From Fistulifera solaris (taxonomy: Eukaryota), in assembly GCA_030295235.1 (NCBI GenBank), contig AP026133.1, forward strand, positions 682,001 to 746,000: a stretch of 64,000 bases of DNA. The letters run 5' to 3'. The stretch's first letter is position 1. Each line of letters opens with the position of its first letter. A program made the translations under genes and the position numbers. This document shows, one piece after another, positions 39,885-51,463 of the stretch. A model generated the notes under the pieces. It was given only the letters and a program-made list of their open reading frames with translations. It searched no databases and was not told the origin of the DNA.

Positions 39885-40745
39885 ATGACCTCAATCGTCG
39901 CTCAAAGAAAAGCAGCTATCGAAGCCCAGCTGAAAGCAAACTCACCGGCGAATGACTCAAGGCCTCCGACATCCGCTCCAAAACGAGCTTCTACAGACTC
40001 ATCCCCCTATAAAAACTACAATATCAAAAGGGTGCGAAAGGTGTCTCAAGAGACGAAGAGAGGCTGGGGCTTCACCAAAACAACATACGTCATAAAACAT
40101 GAACAGCCCAATTCTACAAATCCGTCGCTTGCACCGAAAGTCGTACCGCAAGATCTGCCGTCGCAAAACAGCGCTCAACGCCCCGCTCCACCACCAAAAG
40201 CTTCCGGGAGACTTCATGCTACTCTGCCACAAGAAGCCGAGATGCAACCTCCGGTAGAAAACGTGTATTATTCGGATGTTCCTGAAACAGTATCGCTGCA
40301 GTATTCCGAACACGAAGACTTTGAAGACTTGCAACCTCGCTCAGCAGCTTTAACCGAAAATATTGATCAAAGTAGGCTAGAGACGTTTCGGTCAGCCTCC
40401 GACGAGCAGCCATCAAATGTAACAGCATCTCAAAGGCCTCATTCGATTCAACGAACAGGGAACAGTGCCACGTACGTTCCTTCTTTACCAGAAAGACGCA
40501 AACCCGTGGTTCGAGAAATGGCCGACACTAATCCGTCACAAGATAAGGAATACGAGGGTAGCTGGCAAGCTAAGAGGATGTTGCCACCTCAGCCACACCC
40601 GGGTATGCCCACGCCAGATATGGCCGCCGCTGCAGCGGAAAAGTACAACAAAAACAAGGACAGAATTCAGAAAGCTGTGCGAAAACTAGAAGGTGAAGAA
40701 GACCCGGCGGCAAAACGCGGGTTAGGTTGTTGTGTTATTTTGTAG
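39885..40745 (+). CDS. Disordered protein with C-terminal CaaX (CCVIL)
   Basis: Pro/Ser/Gln-rich ORF ending AKRGLGCCVIL*. Confidence 0.75.
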   Translation: MTSIVAQRKAAIEAQLKANSPANDSRPPTSAPKRASTDSSPYKNYNIKRVRKVSQETKRGWGFTKTTYVIKHEQPNSTNPSLAPKVVPQDLPSQNSAQRPAPPPKASGRLHATLPQEAEMQPPVENVYYSDVPETVSLQYSEHEDFEDLQPRSAALTENIDQSRLETFRSASDEQPSNVTASQRPHSIQRTGNSATYVPSLPERRKPVVREMADTNPSQDKEYEGSWQAKRMLPPQPHPGMPTPDMAAAAAEKYNKNKDRIQKAVRKLEGEEDPAAKRGLGCCVIL

Positions 40746-41931
40746 ACAAGAAAAGGTCATTTTACTGTGGTCATGATCTGCCTTCGCCTGCAGGATTGAA
40801 TCCGATTATTCGAGGCTGATGAATTTTGTTAGGATTTTGTTAGGGACGTCCCTTCTTTTATTTGTGACTTGTGACAGTGTAGTTGGAGGTTCCGTTATAA
40901 TGGAGTGATCTTGAGAAGCAAGTACGGAAATTTGGCTATACCGATGTGATGTTGATGTGTGTGACGACGACCGTGAACTCCAGATTTATGACAGCTTCTC
41001 ATCTTTGTAAAGTAAAGAAACCGGTTCTGTTCGGGTCGTAAAATGCTTTCATCGTTCCGTTCTCATTCTCATCGCCATGCATCCTCGCGACCCTCCCTCC
41101 TTCCATCAATCGAGTGGATCCTATTTTTCGCATCATCGTGAATCAGCCATGCGGACTAAACAATTATTTCAAACATATGCACTCGTCTTTCTCAGAACAT
41201 CAATAAAGGGCGATGATACTACACCCGGCGACGAGAAATATGCTCACGGGGAAGAACCGATGACTTATCCTGTAGCTGGAATTGACAACGAGGATATCGA
41301 TACCGTAGAAGTGCAACGCCTGGCCTGTGAATGCGGAAACCCGGGCCTTTGTCCATGTCTTTGATAGCTTACGGATTAATGATATCCCGGAAAAAAACAT
41401 CACTTAAGCGGGTACTAATGCATTTATAATGGATGATGAGCGTTACATTTTAATAAATTTGTGTGGATAATTTCGGCTTGCGCCAAGCGGATTGCATGAG
41501 ACGAATGGGTCTTGCCCGCAGGAAAATTCATTATTCTTTTCACGAGAGAATAGACTTTACAATTGTCGTATCCGTCGCATCATTGATCATCTTAATTGAT
41601 TGATGTGACGAGAAAATGAGATGCATCCTAGGTAGACTTTTTCTACGGAATAATACGTAGAATGTTACGGAGTACATTGTTTGCTGTACTTCGCGTACCA
41701 GGTACTTATTTGTATGCAGAGAACGGAAACCGGAAAGACCTCAGTTTTCTTTTTTGTCCGCGAGGGGACTTTTTTGCCGAGTCGCGCGCCGCTGGGCGTC
41801 ATAATTCAAAATTGAAACAAGAGATCGAGGTTCGACTTTTGTTGTAAGTGACCCTCTTTGTCCATTCAACTATCTTCCATCTTGATCGCCCCGACTTGAG
41901 CATACAACAGTTCGCGTTCAACTTGTAGAAA

Positions 41932-42606
41932 ATGTCGCGCACCATTTCAAGGCAGCGATCCACGTTAACGTTTTTTGTCTTCTGGTGTCTGTTGAGCATG
42001 AGTCGCGGAGCGTTCGAATGCCCCGCAGCGACTGCTCATTGCATGAATGAGGAAAATCACTCACAATGCATGAAACTATTGCAATCTGGATGCGAAGAAT
42101 TCGATACGTTTGAAAGTTGCCCATTACAGTTCGCTTGTAGCAAGCAGTCAGTGGCAGATGCTTGTGTCACACTTCTGGTCTTTCAAGACGACAAGTGCAC
42201 CGGAAAACCTTTGCAAAAAATGACATTTCCAACGTTTAGTAAATCAAGGAAAGATTGCTGTAAGTTGCAATCGTGCTCTTATCTTTTTCGTGAATAACTG
42301 CAGCGTATTGACTCATTCATCATGTTGTGACGACCGAATTCACTTACAGATCACGATGAAGGCACGAAAAATCTTTCCATTCAAAGTCGGTATTGTAATC
42401 GAGAAACCGGCAACTGGCACGAAACGGTTTACTTTGGATCCGAAGACTGTGGAGAGACAAAGCCATGGTGGCAGTTCTGGTCGACAAAATCAATGGATAT
42501 TGTGTTTTCGCCCGATAGCTGCGTTGAGGGGTATCAATTGGGGAAATGTCAATTTCAACCATGCGACAGTGAAATGAACGGAAAGGTTGCTACAGCAGAA
42601 TCATAA
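41932..42606 (+). CDS. Small secreted Cys-rich protein
   Basis: Signal peptide and many Cys. Intron 42260-42349 gives an open exon 2, (Y)HDEGTKN...KPWWQFW...ATAES*. Confidence 0.72.
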
Positions 42607-42846
42607 TCGCAGTATCGCATTATGTAGTTCGTAGAGGGACTATAGCAAGGATTTTTGTTTAGAGTTATTTCAAAAGTAAGGAGTAGACATCCCGTAAAAG
42701 ATAATTGTTATGACGGCGATTCTCTTTGACAAATAATCTCTAAAATCACCATTTACTTGATGCCAGTGATATTCATCTCGATTTTTATCGAATCGATCAG
42801 GGCACACTAGCGATGTCATCACATTCTAGAGTCAACTACTGGAATA

Positions 42847-43428
42847 TTATTCTTTAAACACAAGATTGGGCTTTTGAGTCACATCTACGAGCTTCCCACC
42901 TTTCGTTCTCGGGATTTCAAACGTCACTTTCCCGTCTTGTTTGAGCTTCTCGACCTCACTATCGGCAAGTGCAACAAACGTCCCATCGGTCTTCTTGACC
43001 AGAGTTTTTCCGACGACGCTGAAAAAATCTGGGTAGTTTTTCATGTAATACGCGTCTAGCGCTTCCTGTACAGCGAAAGGTTATGATTTATGAGTTTCAA
43101 AGAGAAGAGAATGTACGTTTATGTCATTCCTGTTGATGTCGGCATTTTACTCCATTTCGTGTTGTCGTCGTACCTGTTGATACCGTTCCCTATTCATGGC
43201 ACTCTTCTCTTGCAAGGATCGGATGAGCTCATTTCCCTCGCTGAGATCACCACAACCTTCGCCTACTCCAGCGGAGCAGTATTTGCTGGAAATCACAGCT
43301 TCGGCAGGCGACGATGAGGCCACGAAAACACCGACGAGGGCTTGTTGCAACAGATTGCGTCGATTGGTTGACGGTTGGTAGCCGAGAGCCAAGCCGATCA
43401 GCATGATTAATACCAAAGTAGATCTCAT
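42847..43428 (-). CDS. Thylakoid-lumen protein, PsaN-like
   Basis: Signal peptide, NRRNLL Tat motif and AEA cleavage site. Intron 43066-43173 yields LQEKSAMNRERYQQEALDAYYMKNYPDFF. Confidence 0.65.
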
Positions 43429-43807
43429 TGATACACACTATGATTTTATCGGAATAGAAATGAACTTTTCGATGCTTACCGTTGCTTTGTTGATCCAGCG
43501 TTTGTGTTTTTCTTTTTCCATTTCTCAAGGCGTCGCTGACGTCACGATTGCGACCTCTCCTCTCGTTTATTGCATGGTGCCGCGACAACGCTAACCTTAA
43601 AATCGTTTTCATCCTGCAATAATGAGCGTCGATCAGGCCAAGAATTAATGCTATTGCTACTTTCTTATCATCCTATTCATTACATCGAGACAAAAGTTAC
43701 ATTCGATCCCTCTCCTTTCTTTTTTCCTTTTGAAGGAAATTTGCGTCCTTGGAGAAACGCGGACTAAATTTACAGAAAAAACCGAACCACTGAAACGATC
43801 TTTTCCC

Positions 43808-44285
43808 ATGACACCTTCTCCCATGCTGAGCGGTCCGATGAAGGCTCATGCTGTCCGCTTGGAACCCGGAGACGATCTCGTCTCATCACTGCAGCGCGTT
43901 GCGAACGATTTGTCCCAAAATAATTGTTTTGTCATTTCCGCCGTCGGCTCCCTATCCGGCGTCACCTTGCGCATGGCCAACGCGACGGCGCAAGGCTCTG
44001 GAACGATCCGCACTTGGAATGAAAATATGGAGATTCTTTCCATGGTTGGTACTTTTGCGCAACACGACAAACACTTGCACCTTTGCCTCTCGGATGCAAC
44101 CGGAGCCACCGTTGGAGGACATTTGGTTTCGGGTACCGTGTATACGACTCTAGAGCTTGTGCTCGGAACTATTGGGGGAATCCGCTTCGAACGCGCTTTG
44201 GATCAAAGAAACTGGTTTCAAAGAACTTGTCGTCACTCCGTTAACGTCTGAAAACACTATCAGAGACGAAAAGAATGAACCCTAA
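43808..44285 (+). CDS. PPC/DUF296-domain protein
   Basis: Motifs VRLEPGDDL, SAVGSL, EILSMVGT, HLHLCLSD, VGGHL and TTLELVL. The C-terminus TGFKELV lies in a shifted frame. Confidence 0.9.
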
Positions 44286-44819
44286 ACACAGAAGTAGTAT
44301 TTCCTTTAATCGACTGCTGGTACATGAGCGCAGTGGAGGGCCACCAATCAAAATTGATCTACTTAGTCGCCCCCCGTTTTCCTTCTAATCAAAATTTTTC
44401 GCAAAGGTCTCGACCCGGTGGAATGCGCCTAGTTCGTCGACTGTCTCGATTTGAACATGGACAAAAAGTGACGTCCCTTCTTGGAATGAATTTCTGCAAC
44501 AGTGTACCTCTTTACACGATATAGTTAGGTCATCTGGGTCGGAGACACGAGTCGGGAAGTCGATCAAATAACTAGAGATTTAGGCAATAGGACCAGGGAC
44601 CACGACGACAGCATTTACCATAAAGTATCACTTTGTAAGCTCTTGCAATAAAGTGGGTGAAGAATAATTACGACAGACGACCAATCCCAACTCCAACTCC
44701 AAAGAAGAATAATGATAAGCACTAAGCACATTAACCATTATCCGGACACGGGTCATCATGAATCATGATCAAAGATCATTGTGAGTCATGAACACTATAA
44801 AACTGTCCGAGACAATTGA

Positions 44820-44844
44820 ACCATGACCATGACCATGACCATGA
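44820..44844 (+). repeat. (CCATGA)4 microsatellite
   Basis: Read directly from the sequence. Confidence 0.9.
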
Positions 44845-44872
44845 AACGACTTGCGCAGTTAGCGAGGAACGG

Positions 44873-44937
44873 CGTTAAAATTCTGCCTCGTCGTAGACGG
44901 TACGTAGAATCTTGTACTGGGAGGCAGAATTTTAACG
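44873..44937. mobile_element. 65-bp hairpin/mini-MITE-like element, copy 2
   Basis: Same 17-bp inverted repeats as 39611-39675, with two substitutions in the loop. Confidence 0.7.
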
Positions 44938-45470
44938 TTCCTTCCAGTAAGCAGTTAGCAGCAGTGCGTAGACCATAATGACCACTTCCGTTTCCGTTGG
45001 AAGCAAGGAGTTGCGACTTGAGACTTGAACCTGGCGACTAGCTACGCGCTACGCAAGAAACCGAACAACTTTATTAGATCGTTGCCATGCGGTCATTACT
45101 AATATGTAACCTACAAACTGTCCTAAGTTCAAACACGGTCCATGTTCTGCATGACTAGAATACTTTTCATTTCCATAATCTTTGTTCCTCAACCGGAATT
45201 GGGATGATGCGCGAATCGACTGATAATGGTGGTTTCTTGTTATCTTCAAAACTCCGAACTTCGACGTACATAAGGAATGGTTCCAGGTACAGTAGATTAG
45301 TATTTGACATCCGTCATCATCACCGTTCACAGTCAGCATTCCGCAGCTGTCAGCAGGCATGAAGGACAAAAAGATCTTCGCATCAATCTCATCAATCATT
45401 TACTAGTATCACAAACATCATCATCGCCTGACAAGAGATGAATTCACGTCAGTGCAGTTGACATTTGACC

Positions 45471-46141
45471 ATGAATTCCAGCTCCCTCAGTCCCAGTCAA
45501 CAGAACAATCTGGCAATCGAACTGCTTTTCGAAGGAAAGATTTCCGAAGCCAAAGCACTCTTCCGTGAAGCCATCGCCAACACAAAGAATGTACTCGACT
45601 ATGCCGAATACGTCACTTCGGACGTGCCAAGTTCATTGCCTTCACCAAAACTACTAGCCGTTTTGCTACCTAAGAAGCTAATGGAATACCAGGCTCGGCA
45701 GGATCGCTAGCGCTATTCCGATGTTCCACAAAGTTTTTGTCACACCCGAACACGTGGGCCCCGAGAATCTCGATCTCGTAGCAGCATCCATTTTTTACAA
45801 TTTGGCTGTGACAAACTCCGTTGAGAAAAACGAGTGTGCTTCCTACAATCTTGAACACAGATTATACAGCTTATCTACAGAGATGCTCAACGCTTCTGGT
45901 TACTTTCATGATCCTACGTGTTGTCTTTTGTTGCTGGCTCTGTGTAACAACATAGCACAAAGTTCTTTCTGTGACGGTCGGGTCAACGAAGCGAGCAGCA
46001 CTTCAAGAGATGTTGTACCTACTGGAATCACGACCGCAGGGTGATTCTATGGAGGAGCGGGATGTTCAGTTCTTCTATTTGAACACCTTGGTCATGAAGC
46101 ACTGTGATCAAATGCGATCCATTTGCTCCCCGGCGGCTTGA
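45471..46141 (+). CDS. Diatom-type helical (TPR-like) family protein, frameshifted
   Basis: Motifs NNLAIELLFEG, ASIFYNLA and LLLLALCNNIA, ending SPAA*. Two frame breaks, either error or pseudogenisation. Confidence 0.6.
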
Positions 46142-46544
46142 TTTCCAAGTCGCGGCTACCACCACTGATACCTTAGTTTTGTCGTCAAAGGATTTTATTG
46201 TCTTCGTGAATTGCATTTTAACGATACCAGTAACAGTGAAAATTGAAATAATCCGAAATTTTGAATACTGTTAAGTTAAAGTCGTGTCCCGGTTACTTTC
46301 GAGGCTATAGTAAGCTTGTAACTCTAACCCTGGTACAAAACTAAAGATGGCATCATGCGGACGAAAATAGCACGCAGCGACGACGACTCGGGTTTTTGTA
46401 CGAAGTTCTCGGCGTCGTTGCCAAAGCATTTCTTATTAAATTGCAAACGAATAAGCCCATGGTTTGTTTTGAATGATTACTGTACTCCCTCTGTCGTTGC
46501 TTTCTGTGTGGTTGACGAACAGTTTGAATGATTGTGCCGCAACA

Positions 46545-47367
46545 ATGCCCATCCACTACATGACCGTCGGTGACCCTTCTCGACGCATTGCCGTCGCACG
46601 AAGATCGATCCAGTGAAGTTGGCGTCTTATTTCTTCCAGGCTTTCATTCGAAAATGGCATCCAACAAGGGGAACGCGATCGCGAATTGGGCTCGCACGCG
46701 CAACTGTTCTTGTACTCTGTTCGATTATTCCGGCAGCGGCGCATCGGGGGGAGATATTCAAGAGGGCACGATCAGTCGCTGGTTGGAAGAAAGCATGTGT
46801 GTCTTTTCCGAGCAGACACAGGAAAGGCAAATACTAGTCGGCTCTAGTATGGGAGGATATCTGGCGCTTCTACTATGGAAGCAAGTGTTGAAGGAATACC
46901 CACAGGAGGCGACCCGAATCCATGCGTTGATCTTAATTGCTCCTGCTTGGGATATGACGGAAAAACTCCTTTGGAATAGGTTTTCGCAAGGCATTCAGAA
47001 TCAGATCTGGTCGAGCGGTGTGTACAATCGACCTTCGGCGTATGGAGACGGTCCCTATCCCATAACGCGACAGTTGATTGAAAACGGTCGAAAACACTTG
47101 TTGTTTGCCGACGGCTGGCAGTTTCCGGAACAGCGTCCCCCGATTTTCATTTTACATGGCATTCGAGATGAAGATGTTCCGCACACACATTCCATTCAGC
47201 TGACTGAATTGCTTCATGACGGCAACACGAGACTTCAACTGGTTGAAGATGGCGATCATCGGTTGTCACGACCGGAAGATTTGGAGCTATTGTGCGCGAT
47301 ACTCGACGCTGCATTGAGCAGCGATCATGTCGATACACGCACAAATGATGACAAAAACACTATCTGA
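46545..47367 (+). CDS. Alpha/beta hydrolase, ABHD10-like
   Basis: Motifs FLPGFHSKM, FDYSGSG, GSSMGG, ILHGIRDEDVP and DGDHRLSR. The in-frame N-terminus MPIHYMTVGDPSRRIA requires one indel near 46600. Confidence 0.88.
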
Positions 47368-47886
47368 ATTCCGAAAAGAAACGTTCTGGAACCCAGCCGG
47401 TGTCTCCTGCTTCCTGGTTAATTATTCAGTGTGTGTGCAAAGCAATGAAAGACGGTCATCATGTGTTCACGCGGAGAAGAACGCTCCAATAAGCTAGTGA
47501 TTGAAGCAAACGCGCAACACTGGAAGTTTAATACTGCTCATTCATGGCTATTTGATTATGAACCCATTTGTTTCCGAAATGGCGTCGATAGAAAGTGGTC
47601 GTTCTTGAGAACGAAAGCAACTCAAGAAAATGAAGCGAAATATTCCAGGAGACTGCGGGAAATTTGATAACGGTGAAAATTCCCGAAAAACAGTTTGTTC
47701 TGGTTATGAAATAATACTAAGAAATAATCGATTTATTGTTGGTTTGGCTACTTTGCGCATCGTAAAAGCTGTAATTTCCTGCAGAAAGAAAAAATTTACT
47801 CCGTATTCAACAATATCCATTGAAAAATCCTACCGTACTCCGTAGAACGTGTGGCTCAAAGGGTACCGTCGCGAATTAAGGATACA

Positions 47887-48841
47887 ATGAACATCAAGTT
47901 CAATTACTCTACGTTCCAGGCGCGTGAGTTTTTGAGAAGCGGATGCTTCATTATGGGCGAGTCGCTGGAAATGCGCAACTATCAGCCTACTCTCGTGCAA
48001 ACTCGACGATTCCAATCGCACTTTGGAGTATCCCCAATCCAGTGTTCTCAGCTGTGGATTCTACTGAAAGTACCAGAAAATGCTAGATTCAAGCATTTGC
48101 TCTGGGCATTGCTAAAACTGAAAGTGTACGCGACAGAAGAGGTTCTCAGCGGAATGGCTGGATGCGATGAAAAGACCTTTCGAAAATGGTCTGACCAGTT
48201 TATTGATGCCCTTTCTTTGCTCTCCTCCTGTCTGGTAAGATGTAGACGCTATTTGTCGTGCGTTTCCTGAACCATGAATCATGACTAACAACTACTCAAT
48301 TTTCGTCTGGGTAAGATAAACTGGAATAGTCGAAAGAAGAATGGAGTTCATACATTTTCGGTTGATGGAACCGACTGTCCGATCAATGAACCAAGTCCTT
48401 TTTCGCCTAAATGGTATTCTCATAAGTTCAAGAGTGCGGGTTGCGGTCTCGCTTTTCGCAAGTGAAATAATCTGGATCAACGGACCGTTTCCTTGTGGAG
48501 AATACCCCGATTCAAAAATTTTTTGGCGAGACCTTGTAGATAAACTTCCAACTGGTGAACGAGGCATAGCTGACCAAGGGTATCGATCAATTGCCCAACT
48601 TACCATAAAAAGTCGTGGTCACCAGAAAGGGAAATGTGTCTTGATCGGAAAAGTCTTAGATCGACACGAAAATGTGAATCAACGAATCAAGCGGTTTGGA
48701 TGCCTGCGACAGCGTTTTCGCCATGGTTGGAGATGCCATGGCAAGTATTTTAGAGCAGTCGCTTCTGTCGTTCAATTGCGATTGAAAACAGACAATCCGA
48801 TTTCTTCGCTACCAAAGAATAGTCGAAATCGAGAACACTAG
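47887..48841 (+). mobile_element. PIF/Harbinger (DDE_Tnp_4-type) transposase, damaged
   Basis: N-terminal HLLWALLKLKVY...DEKTFRKW; intron 48235-48315; catalytic SVDGTDC, WYSHKF, IIWINGPFPCG..PD, IADQGY and RHENVNQRIKRF. A small deletion/frameshift lies near 48440. Confidence 0.9.
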
Positions 48842-48846
48842 ACTGA

Positions 48847-50376
48847 TTACACTAAGCTTTCGATACGCGAACTGTAATTCCAAGAGATACATTTGATATA
48901 ATCTTCGTCTTTGTTTAAAACTTCTTGTTTGTCGCGTTTGCCCACATCAAGTGTGATGTATTTGTCTCTGATGTCTGTCTCGAGAATAATTGAAATCGCT
49001 TCGCCATCATTTGTTTTGGATTTCTTAAAAAGATGAATAGTCGAAATTTGATCGTGAAGGTTGTTGTTGTTTGTTTCAGTCGCAGTAACATCCAAATCTC
49101 TCTCTTTTACGCCATGATGAGCTTCAGAAATTTCTGTCAACGCCGCGATATTTTTTGACGAGTTCAGCGCTTCCATATATTCAAAATCACGTTTCCCAAG
49201 CGCTTGAATATCATAGCTCATAGCTTCAGGTAAAACTTCGAGTGCTTGCTCAGTTGTGAATTGCGAACGCATATTTGTGGTTAAAGATACTGCTCTGGCG
49301 AGAGATGTAGGAGGAGGGGGGTGACGCGCCAAAAATCTTGCGTTCAAACTAGGGGTCTCTTGTGTATTGCTAATTTTAATCGCATTCCAAGGTAAATCAG
49401 CATCGTGAAGTGCTGCCTCAACGCCGCCAGGTAAGTCGCGTAACGCTGAAAGGGGCAAGGATTCCTGTTTTTGTTCTGCAGATGCAGTAATGTGCTCCTT
49501 TGACTCCATTTTAGCAGAGACAGCGATTGCGAATTGATCTAGAGTAGTTTTTCGATCGCCGCTTCCACCGCCGATCGTATTTTTAGCTAACGAGTCATCC
49601 AAACCAAAAATTGTCTGTCTTTTGACCTGCTCTGGATCCGTCTTATTCGGCACAACAGGCTGATCGCCTTTCCTTGTCTCTTTCTTTTCCGCGTCAAATA
49701 CACTGCGTACATGCTCTGAAGTGACAAGCTGGTGGTCGGACGCTTCGTTGTTTTTCACCGTAGGCGGTGCTAGCTCTACAGTCGTGCTTACTTCTTGATC
49801 CATTGAAGCGCGAAAACTAGTGGCCATCCGATCCGACATAGTAAGTTTTTGGCGCCGGCCATGTGGACTATCCGTAAAATTGGTTGCGACCTCCTCCATT
49901 TCGATTGCCGCCACTACTTCGTTTTCATCGCCCTTTCTACTTTTCATTGTTACCACGCGGAACGGACGATTCTCGTCTTTGTCGTCCAACTTTTTAAGTT
50001 CGACTACCCCATCGTTAATCACCTCACGATGCGAAAAAAAGATTTTTCTATTTTTCGCCTTGAGTTCTTTCAGTTTTAGTCTGTGCGCAACAACAAGGGG
50101 GTGGTTCTCATTCATGTCACGGCAAAGGACAAAGAAATCGTCGTGGAACATCAAAGCTTCAGTAATGTCAATCGTGACCTCACTTCCATTCCTATTGATA
50201 CGACATTCAACGGAGTTGCTGCCGTATGCGGTTCGGGGTCGAAGCCCGGATAGAAGATTTGTGTACTGCGAAACGCGAAGATTTGCCTGCCGGTTGTACC
50301 AGCCATAAACAACGGACCCTGGAAGTTTTCCGTGAATTGTGACGGTCTCTTCACTCTCTTCGATATTCCTTTGCAT
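48847..50376 (-). CDS. Transposon-associated ORF A (HPxVVAH domain plus disordered tail)
   Basis: Intact 509-aa ORF convergent on the transposase, 5 bp apart; contains LPGSVVYGW...SG...HPLVVAH...IEME. Confidence 0.75.
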   Translation of the reverse strand: MQRNIEESEETVTIHGKLPGSVVYGWYNRQANLRVSQYTNLLSGLRPRTAYGSNSVECRINRNGSEVTIDITEALMFHDDFFVLCRDMNENHPLVVAHRLKLKELKAKNRKIFFSHREVINDGVVELKKLDDKDENRPFRVVTMKSRKGDENEVVAAIEMEEVATNFTDSPHGRRQKLTMSDRMATSFRASMDQEVSTTVELAPPTVKNNEASDHQLVTSEHVRSVFDAEKKETRKGDQPVVPNKTDPEQVKRQTIFGLDDSLAKNTIGGGSGDRKTTLDQFAIAVSAKMESKEHITASAEQKQESLPLSALRDLPGGVEAALHDADLPWNAIKISNTQETPSLNARFLARHPPPPTSLARAVSLTTNMRSQFTTEQALEVLPEAMSYDIQALGKRDFEYMEALNSSKNIAALTEISEAHHGVKERDLDVTATETNNNNLHDQISTIHLFKKSKTNDGEAISIILETDIRDKYITLDVGKRDKQEVLNKDEDYIKCISWNYSSRIESLV

Positions 50377-50879
50377 GCTAATAGTGATTCTACAAAAGAG
50401 AGTTGATTCAATAGAAGACAGAAGCTGAAAGCACTGAATAAATAAAACTAAAAACTGAATTTGAGATCAGTCATTTTGTTGTGCGTGTAAATCATGCGTT
50501 GCGTGTTGTGTGCTGCGGGACGAGGAGATGTTCGTTGGTCGTCCTTCGTTGCTTGGTGCTTGATGCCTGTACAGTATCGGTCATCAGTCCCACGTTTACA
50601 GTTTTAATCCGGTTATGCTAGCTATGTACTGTACCCTGTACCAGGTACCGGTACCGTACCGTACTGTAGGATTGTCGGTGTATACGTCACTAGTCGCTGT
50701 CGCTGGGGTGGCCAGTGGCGAGTGGCGAGTGGCCACAGAACACAAACCGATAATACTCCACTCTCCACTACAAGTAAATACTACGTACTACGGTAAGATC
50801 AAACGATTTTCATTTGGGCTTTGGGCACTACTTATTCAACGTCTTTACCTTTTACCTGGTAATGGTACTACGTACGGTG

Positions 50880-51397
50880 CTCTGTGCACGATTGAAGTCC
50901 CAATCAAACTTCCAGCTTCAGTCATTTACAAGTGGGACACATTGCAGACAAACTATTATTCCCAGCAATCAGTTTTGATCTCGGGTATCGATCCTGCAGA
51001 TGTCCATTTCAGTATTAGTCCATCTGGGAAGGAAACCGAGATTCGGATGAAGGGCGACTCTTCTATCATGATGATGCCAGAAGAATTCTGGCAAGCTGTT
51101 GCTCGGAACGAGTACCCAGCGTCGCATCCAAAAGTTGTAGCTCATATGAAGGCAATCAAGAAGCTCAAAAAGACTTCAATGGCGAATTCCGTTGTTTATG
51201 TACACAAGGTAGATTTGCCGGAAAAGGTCGGGCCTAACTTTGTTCCTCTCCCTCCTTACGAAAAAGGAGCTCGCATCTCCCTCATGGGAACGAAAAAGTG
51301 CCCAGAAATTGTTGCGGGTCTTGAAATGAAGATGGAGGATGATGGTTTTCAATCTCCTACGTTGATGGGTGCTTCCCGCGACGTTCGTTTGGGATAG
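50880..51397 (+). CDS. Transposon-associated ORF B (HPxVVAH domain), possibly 5'-truncated
   Basis: Contains LPASVIYKW...SG...HPKVVAH...VDLP...LEMK. The upstream part of the called ORF (from 50615) overlaps intergenic TA ladders and is probably not coding. Confidence 0.65.
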
Positions 51398-51463
51398 TTC
51401 ATTGCTTGGCAGGACAGCCATTGCGTGTATCTATAATCTCGAACAAAAGAACTGTAGACACGT

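Noticed and set aside
41077..41364. 95-aa ORF ending in a Cys cluster
   Set aside because: Short, with no family motif; insufficient support.
50615..50879. N-terminal part of the 260-aa ORF as real protein
   Set aside because: It translates TA ladders and heptamer repeats typical of intergenic DNA. Similarity to the paralogs starts only near 50880.
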